Assembly (NCBI GenBank): GCA_963821525.1
Contig: CAWGED010000001.1
Span: 1-44,171 of the forward strand
Source of the DNA: an uncultured Gemmatimonadales bacterium
GTDB taxonomy: Bacteria; Gemmatimonadota; Gemmatimonadetes; Gemmatimonadales; GWC2-71-9
DNA: 44,171 nucleotides
Direction of reading: 5' to 3'
Below the pieces are notes generated by a model. It made no database searches, had not been told where the DNA came from, and was given only the letters and a program-made list of their open reading frames with translations. The position numbers were made by a program, and so were the translations under genes. Positions 39,331 through 44,171 of the stretch are shown here, in pieces; position 1 is the first letter of the stretch; each line of letters opens with the position of its first letter.

Positions 39331-41079
39331 GTGCTCCGAGCCCTCTCCGTCATTCTCCTCACCATCCTGCCGGCGATTCTCGCGGTCTCCACCGCCCTCG
39401 CTCAGGACAGCGTCATCGTCATCGATCCCGACGCTCCCGTCTCCGATTCCACCGAACAAGGCGCCCTGCCTCCTGAAATCCTCTCCGAACTGCTCGAGGA
39501 CTACAACGACTCGCTGAGTATCCGGTTACCAGGCGGGATCACCGTCCCGCGGGGAAGCATGCTGGGCGGCAAGATCGCGGCCTTCCGGGGCAGCGTCCAC
39601 GTCGCGGGAACGATCGAAGGATCGCTCACGGTCATCAACGGCGACCTGGTCGTGGATTCGGGCGGAGTGATCCATGGAGACGTGCTGGTGGCTGGAGGAG
39701 GAATGACGGTGGCCCCGGGCGGGGTGCACGAAGGAGAGGCACGGGTCTACTGGGACGCCGCCCCGGTCTATCGAGAGGCGGACGGCACACTGGCCTTGAG
39801 GGAGCGGCGCCGTTCGGTCGGCGAGCTGGCGACGGCCCAGCGCACCTTCGCGACCGGGAAAGTGAAGACCACCCTTCGCCTCACCACCGGCCAGACCTAC
39901 AACCGCATCGAGGGCCTGCCGATCGTCTTCGGGCCCGCGTTCGAGTACCGGCCCTCCCACAACATCTTCATGCGGCTCGACGCGCGGGGGATTTTGCGGA
40001 CGGCGGGAAACTCCTCGCCCTTCCGGGACGACTTCGGCTACTCGGTGCGGGGCGACATCCGATTCAACGCACCACGCGGCTTCGGGATCGGCGGTCGAGT
40101 CTACAGCGAGATCCGGGGGATCGAGGAACACACGCTGCCGAAGGACGAGATCGGGTGGTCGGCCTTCCTGCTCCAGCGTGACAACCGGGACTACTTCGAC
40201 GCCCAGGGAATCGTAGGTAGCATCTACTTCTTCCCGAGCCGGCGGCTCCGGATCGAAGCCAACGTGCGACATGAGTGGGAAGGTTCGGTCCGGGCCACGG
40301 ATCCCTGGTCCCTGCTTCGCAACTCCGAGGTCTGGCGAGCCAATCCGCTCATCGATGACGGGCACTATAACAGTGCCGGAATGGGCATCGAGTACGACAC
40401 CCGAAACTCAGGGGCCGCGACCAGCCGCGGCTGGTGGATCCGGGGAGGAGTCGAGCGGGGCACCAGCGACGACGTCGCGCCGGTCACGCTCCCGACCGCC
40501 GTGCGGGATCCAATTCCCACCCACAGTTATGACTACACCCGGCTGACGCTCGACCTCCGCCGCTATAACCGACTCAGTGCGGACGACAGGCTGAATCTCC
40601 GGCTGTGGGCCGGAGGCTGGCTCGGCGGGGATCCATTGCCGGTACAGCGGCGGCTCTCCCTGGGCGGACTCGACCTGGTTCCGGGATACGAATTCCGGGC
40701 CGAGACCTGTGCGCCGGCAGGATTTGCCGATCCCGCGAACGCAGCACTCTGTGACCGGGCGATCTTCACCCAAGCCGAGTTCCGGCATCGCCTGCCGATT
40801 CGATTCGGCTACACCTACCGCGACAAGAACAACCGTGAGCTGGACCGGTTCCTCGGCATTGACGAGGTGTACCTCGTCCTCCTGGGCGACGCGGGCAAGT
40901 CCTGGCTAACAGGTGATGGACCGGGAAGAGTTCCCAACAACCGCATCCCATCCCTCGACGAGTGGAAGGCGGACCTCGGTGTGGGAGCCGACGCCGGGTG
41001 GGTCGGCGTCTATCTCGCCAAGGCAATAACCGACGGAGAGCCGGTCAGGTTCTTCATCCGCCTCGAGCGGCGGTTCTGA
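39331..41079 (+). CDS. Outer-membrane beta-barrel protein (BamA/TamA-like) with N-terminal bactofilin-like repeats
   Basis: GAGGA then GTG at 39331, signal peptide ending ALAQ, GSVHVAGTIEGSLTVINGDLVV..GVIHGDVLVAGG, YNRIEGL, LSLGG...PGYEF (Omp85 lid-like) and a terminal FFIRLERRF. Confidence 0.7.
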   Translation: MLRALSVILLTILPAILAVSTALAQDSVIVIDPDAPVSDSTEQGALPPEILSELLEDYNDSLSIRLPGGITVPRGSMLGGKIAAFRGSVHVAGTIEGSLTVINGDLVVDSGGVIHGDVLVAGGGMTVAPGGVHEGEARVYWDAAPVYREADGTLALRERRRSVGELATAQRTFATGKVKTTLRLTTGQTYNRIEGLPIVFGPAFEYRPSHNIFMRLDARGILRTAGNSSPFRDDFGYSVRGDIRFNAPRGFGIGGRVYSEIRGIEEHTLPKDEIGWSAFLLQRDNRDYFDAQGIVGSIYFFPSRRLRIEANVRHEWEGSVRATDPWSLLRNSEVWRANPLIDDGHYNSAGMGIEYDTRNSGAATSRGWWIRGGVERGTSDDVAPVTLPTAVRDPIPTHSYDYTRLTLDLRRYNRLSADDRLNLRLWAGGWLGGDPLPVQRRLSLGGLDLVPGYEFRAETCAPAGFADPANAALCDRAIFTQAEFRHRLPIRFGYTYRDKNNRELDRFLGIDEVYLVLLGDAGKSWLTGDGPGRVPNNRIPSLDEWKADLGVGADAGWVGVYLAKAITDGEPVRFFIRLERRF

Positions 41080-41081
41080 TC

Positions 41082-41137
41082 GTGAGCGGGGAGCGGTGAG
41101 CGGTGTGCGGAGTGGGGCAGTCGGGAGCCGGTGGCTG
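41082..41137 (+). repeat. Degenerate heptamer array GTGAGCG
   Basis: GTGAGCG GGGAGCG GTGAGCG GTGTGCG... beginning 2 bp after the stop at 41079. Confidence 0.7.
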
Positions 41138-41773
41138 ATCGGCATCGCCATGCTCTTCGCCGTTGGGGCCGGACCGATCGCGGCGCAGGATACCGCCGAG
41201 GTTCATCTCGGGGTGACTCTGGCTCCAGACTCGGCATCGAACGGCGGCCGGGCGCCGATCATTCGCACCTACAATCTGCTGACCGAGACGCCATGGCTCT
41301 CGATGCTGCGGTCCGGCTTCCCGGTGCGGCTGCATTACCGGCTCGAGGTTTGGCGCTCCCGGTCGGGCTGGTTCGACCAGATTGCGAGGGCTCAGGATTG
41401 GGACGTAGTGGCGCGTCACGAGCCCCTGCTGGAGCAGTTCACTGTTACGCGACTGGTCGGCCGCAACCGGGTCGAGAACCGCTACGCGACACCCGGAGCG
41501 TTGGCAGCCGCCCTGGGACTTCCCTACCGGATCAAGGTCACCCCCACCCAGCAGGGCACTTATTACTACGTGGGCTCACTCGAAGTGACGACCCTGTCGG
41601 ATTCTGATCTCGACGAACTGGAGCGCTTCTTCCGGGGCGAGCTGCAGGCCGTGCCGGACAGCCAGATCAGCGGCACGACCGTGGGTCGCGGTGCCCGCCG
41701 ACTGATGTTGCGGCTGGCGGGCCTGCCCAGCTTGAAGCTGACGGGGAGGTCGGACAGGTTTGAGGTGAGGTAG
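41096..41773 (+). CDS. Exported protein, DUF4390-like (true start may be downstream)
   Basis: Signal-like LIGIAMLFAVGAGPIAAQ, then LRSGFPVRLHYRLEVWRSRSGWFD...HEPLLEQFTV. The kinase/regulator context fits known DUF4390 neighbourhoods. Confidence 0.6.
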   Translation: MSGVRSGAVGSRWLIGIAMLFAVGAGPIAAQDTAEVHLGVTLAPDSASNGGRAPIIRTYNLLTETPWLSMLRSGFPVRLHYRLEVWRSRSGWFDQIARAQDWDVVARHEPLLEQFTVTRLVGRNRVENRYATPGALAAALGLPYRIKVTPTQQGTYYYVGSLEVTTLSDSDLDELERFFRGELQAVPDSQISGTTVGRGARRLMLRLAGLPSLKLTGRSDRFEVR

Positions 41774-41778
41774 AAACC

Positions 41779-41895
41779 GTAAGAAGTGAGAGGTGGGAGG
41801 TTAGAAAGAGCGGGAACGGGAAAAGGGAACGGGAAAAGCAGAACCCTCCGGGCCTCCTCGGAGGGTTCTTTCTACTCTCACCTCTCACTTCTTAC
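41779..41895. terminator. Nested hairpin between convergent genes (probable bidirectional terminator)
   Basis: Inner 11-bp stem AGAACCCTCCG-N8-CGGAGGGTTCT (41840-41869). Outer heptamer-built arms are GTAAGAAGTGAGAGGTG.. (41779) and ..CACCTCTCACTTCTTAC (to 41895). Confidence 0.75.
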
Positions 41896-41908
41896 TCCTC
41901 TCACGCTG

Positions 41909-42480
41909 TTAGTGCTTCCCATGTGTCGCGACCACCCCGCCCAGGGCCTTGAGGGCCGACTCACCATAGAACAGGCGGATGTACTTGGCCTGGATCGTCG
42001 TGAGCCGGCGAACCGCCCAGGACAGGTGAACGAAGTGCGGCTCGTGGGGCGCCGAGTGCGGGTGCATGCCGCATTCCTCGGGGAGGTGATTCCCCTTGCG
42101 CGTGTTGCAGGTGCTGCAAGCCGTCACCACGTTGGTCCAATCGTTGTTCCCACCACGCGACAGCGGGACCAGATGGTCCCGTGTCAGACACTCCCGATGC
42201 TTCAGCTCGAATTGACTCCGGTTGCAGTACTGGCAGCGGTAGTGGTCCCGAGCGAAGAGGAAAGTGTTGGTAACCTGACGGCGGAAACGGCGAGGGACGT
42301 GCACGAACTTGACAAGGCGGATGATGGCGGGCCGGGGGATGACGAGTCGTTCACTTCGAACGAGATCTCTTTTTCGGCCTCGACGATTTCCGCTTTGCCT
42401 TCGATGATTAGCCGAAGGGCTCGCCGGACGGGCACCATGGTCAGGGGCTCGAACGACGCGTTCAAGGCAAGACAACGCAC
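41909..42480 (-). CDS. HNH endonuclease (McrA-like, one frameshift)
   Basis: CLALNASFEPL, PAIIRL, ARDHYRCQYC and LTRDHLVPLSRGGNNDWTNVVTACSTCNTRKG. Confidence 0.92.
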
Positions 42481-42556
42481 CGGTTCTCTCCAGGACCGTT
42501 TCCGAAGACCCTGTATCGTAAGGGGATAGGCCTCACCAAGGCAAGCAACAAACCGG

Positions 42557-43000
42557 TCACCGGGCCAATGCGGCGAGGCGGGAAGCGACGGCTTGCCGCA
42601 TCGCTGGGCTCCGGGCGATCACCAGGACCGTGTCCTCACCCGCGATAGTCCCGATTACCTCACTCCATCCAGCCTGATCCACTGCTGCGCCCACAGCACC
42701 AGCGCCACCGCTTGCGGTCTTGATCACGAGAAGGGGACCGGTACCCTCGACACTCAACATCAGGGTGGGGAGGATCTGGCCCAGGTCCGGCCGCAGGGAG
42801 CCTTCGTTGGGGTTGGCGTAGAACGCACCGCCTTGCGGATCCACCAGCTTGGCCAGCCCGAGTTCGCGAATGTCGCGGGAGAGTGTCGCCTGGGTGACGT
42901 TGATTCCCTCGCCGGCCAGTGCCTCGCGAAGTACGTCCTGATTTTCGACCCGACGGTCGCGAACGATACGGAGAATCGCGGCGTGCCGCTGCAGCTTCAT
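42557..43000 (-). CDS. argR: Arginine repressor
   Basis: RHAAILRIV, NQDVL, VTQATLSRDIRELGLAK, VIKTASG and GTIAGEDTVLVI. Confidence 0.93.
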   Translation of the reverse strand: MKLQRHAAILRIVRDRRVENQDVLREALAGEGINVTQATLSRDIRELGLAKLVDPQGGAFYANPNEGSLRPDLGQILPTLMLSVEGTGPLLVIKTASGGAGAVGAAVDQAGWSEVIGTIAGEDTVLVIARSPAMRQAVASRLAALAR

Positions 43001-44171
43001 GAAGGACTCCTCCAGACCTGGCGACCCGCCAGGAAGGTGGCGAGGACGTCGTCGGACCGGCGCGTCACTACGGTATCCGCCAAACGCGCCCCGTCAACCG
43101 GAGCGGGCAATCGAAAGGCGACCAGATCACCCGACTTCCGGGCGTCAAACTCCCGATTTCGTTTTCGAGACTCAGGGAGCGGGCGCCCTCCAACGTGCAG
43201 AGCCGGAGAACCTCCTCGGGCTGCAAACCCGCCAAGGCAGACGCCGCTCGTCCCTCGGCAAGGAGGTCGCAAGGTGCGACACTGGCCACGGAGTCGGTCC
43301 CAATCCCGACCCTGATGCCGTGATCGAGCATCGAGCGAAGTGGAGCAGCCCCGTGACCGTGGCGAGCATTGGAGCGGGGACAGTGCGCTATCGCAGCGTC
43401 ACTTCTCGCAAGGAGTACGAGGTCCTTGGTACTCGCTTGCACCACGTGGATGCACAAAGTCGTCGGACCGAGGACCCCATGCTGGTCGAGCCAGGCCAGG
43501 GAGTCCGCCCAGGGAGGGTCGGAAGCGGTATCCCCCTGCCCCGCCACGCATCGGCGAACCCTCCAGAGGCGGAGCCCAGCAGATCGGACTCGGCGACGGA
43601 TTCCGCAATGTGGACGGCTATGGGATAACCATGCTCACGCGCCAGCTGAGCTACGCCAGCGTAGAGTGCGCCGCTTACCGAATAAGGGGCGTGTGGCGAG
43701 ACGCCGAGTCGAATCCGGTTTCCCGCGAGCGGGGTGAGTGCTTCGAGGCGGCTGGTAAGGCCAGCCAGTTGAGCTGGGGCCTGTTCCGGGTGTGGTCCGA
43801 AGACTTCCTGGTAGGCAATCCCGCTTCCACCCAGCTCATGCAATGCCTGCACCGCGGCGCCGCTGTCCCCGGTGTCGGCGACGGTGGTAACTCCCTGACT
43901 CCATCCATCCCGGTTCCTTCTTAGCGCCGCAAGAGATCTGCGGATGACCGCTCCGCCTTGAGTGCAATGACTCTACGGATCCAGGAGGGGAAATCCTGTT
44001 CGGTGACCTGTTCGTCGAGACCGGTGAGCTCGAGGTGGGTATGGGTGTTTACCAAACCGGGTATGAGAGCACTCGAGCGGAACTCGACCTCCTCCACACC
44101 GGGCGGTGCCGGCACCTCGGCATCGGGGCCGACTGCGGTTAGCCGCCCATCTGGTCCAAGCAGCACGGCGC
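42997..44171 (-). CDS. Amidohydrolase superfamily deaminase (MTA/SAH- or aminofutalosine-deaminase-like; frameshifted, 5' end beyond window)
   Basis: PGLVNTHTHLELT, GVSPHAPYSVS, VHIAES, CIHVV, AHCPRSN and IGTDSVAS. The stop overlaps the argR start (ATGA). Confidence 0.85.

Noticed and set aside
41909..42480. HNH as part of a defence system, Cas9/IscB or homing element
   Set aside because: It is a short stand-alone widespread HNH type with no RuvC motifs, methylase or intron context.

Overview
GC-rich bacterial DNA, most consistent with Gemmatimonadota; this is inferred from the PEP-CTERM tail style and gene content, not proven. Many genes are split by 1-nt indels, most likely long-read consensus errors, so the CDS below were reassembled across frames and their ends are approximate. 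1-28.4 kb is a large surface-glycan/exopolysaccharide locus of the PEP-CTERM/exosortase-A type. It holds four GT4 glycosyltransferases, an O-antigen-ligase-like protein, XrtA-type deacetylase and FemAB-like genes, and DegT, Gfo/Idh/MocA and epimerase sugar enzymes. It also has an unusually wide tailoring kit: sulfotransferase, methyltransferase, ATP-grasp ligase, carbamoyltransferase with SxtJ/DUF5989 partners, AsnB amidotransferase and SGNH protein. Two exported proteins in it share a duplicated, uncharacterised beta-sandwich head domain, one of them on a six-repeat BACON-like stalk. 28.7-34.4 kb encodes a PEP-CTERM protein, two paralogous 'EWEFGT' membrane proteins, a lipoprotein and an Oar-like TonB-dependent receptor. 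After that come a VanZ protein, a Y1 (IS200/RAYT-like) transposase flanked by four palindromes, and a histidine kinase/sigma-54 activator/outer-membrane barrel/DUF4390-like operon with a heptamer tandem array after every stop codon. The window ends with an HNH endonuclease, argR and a partial amidohydrolase. Sigma-54-like -24/-12 motifs precede several minus-strand transcription units. No rRNA, tRNA, CRISPR array or exosortase gene was recognised.
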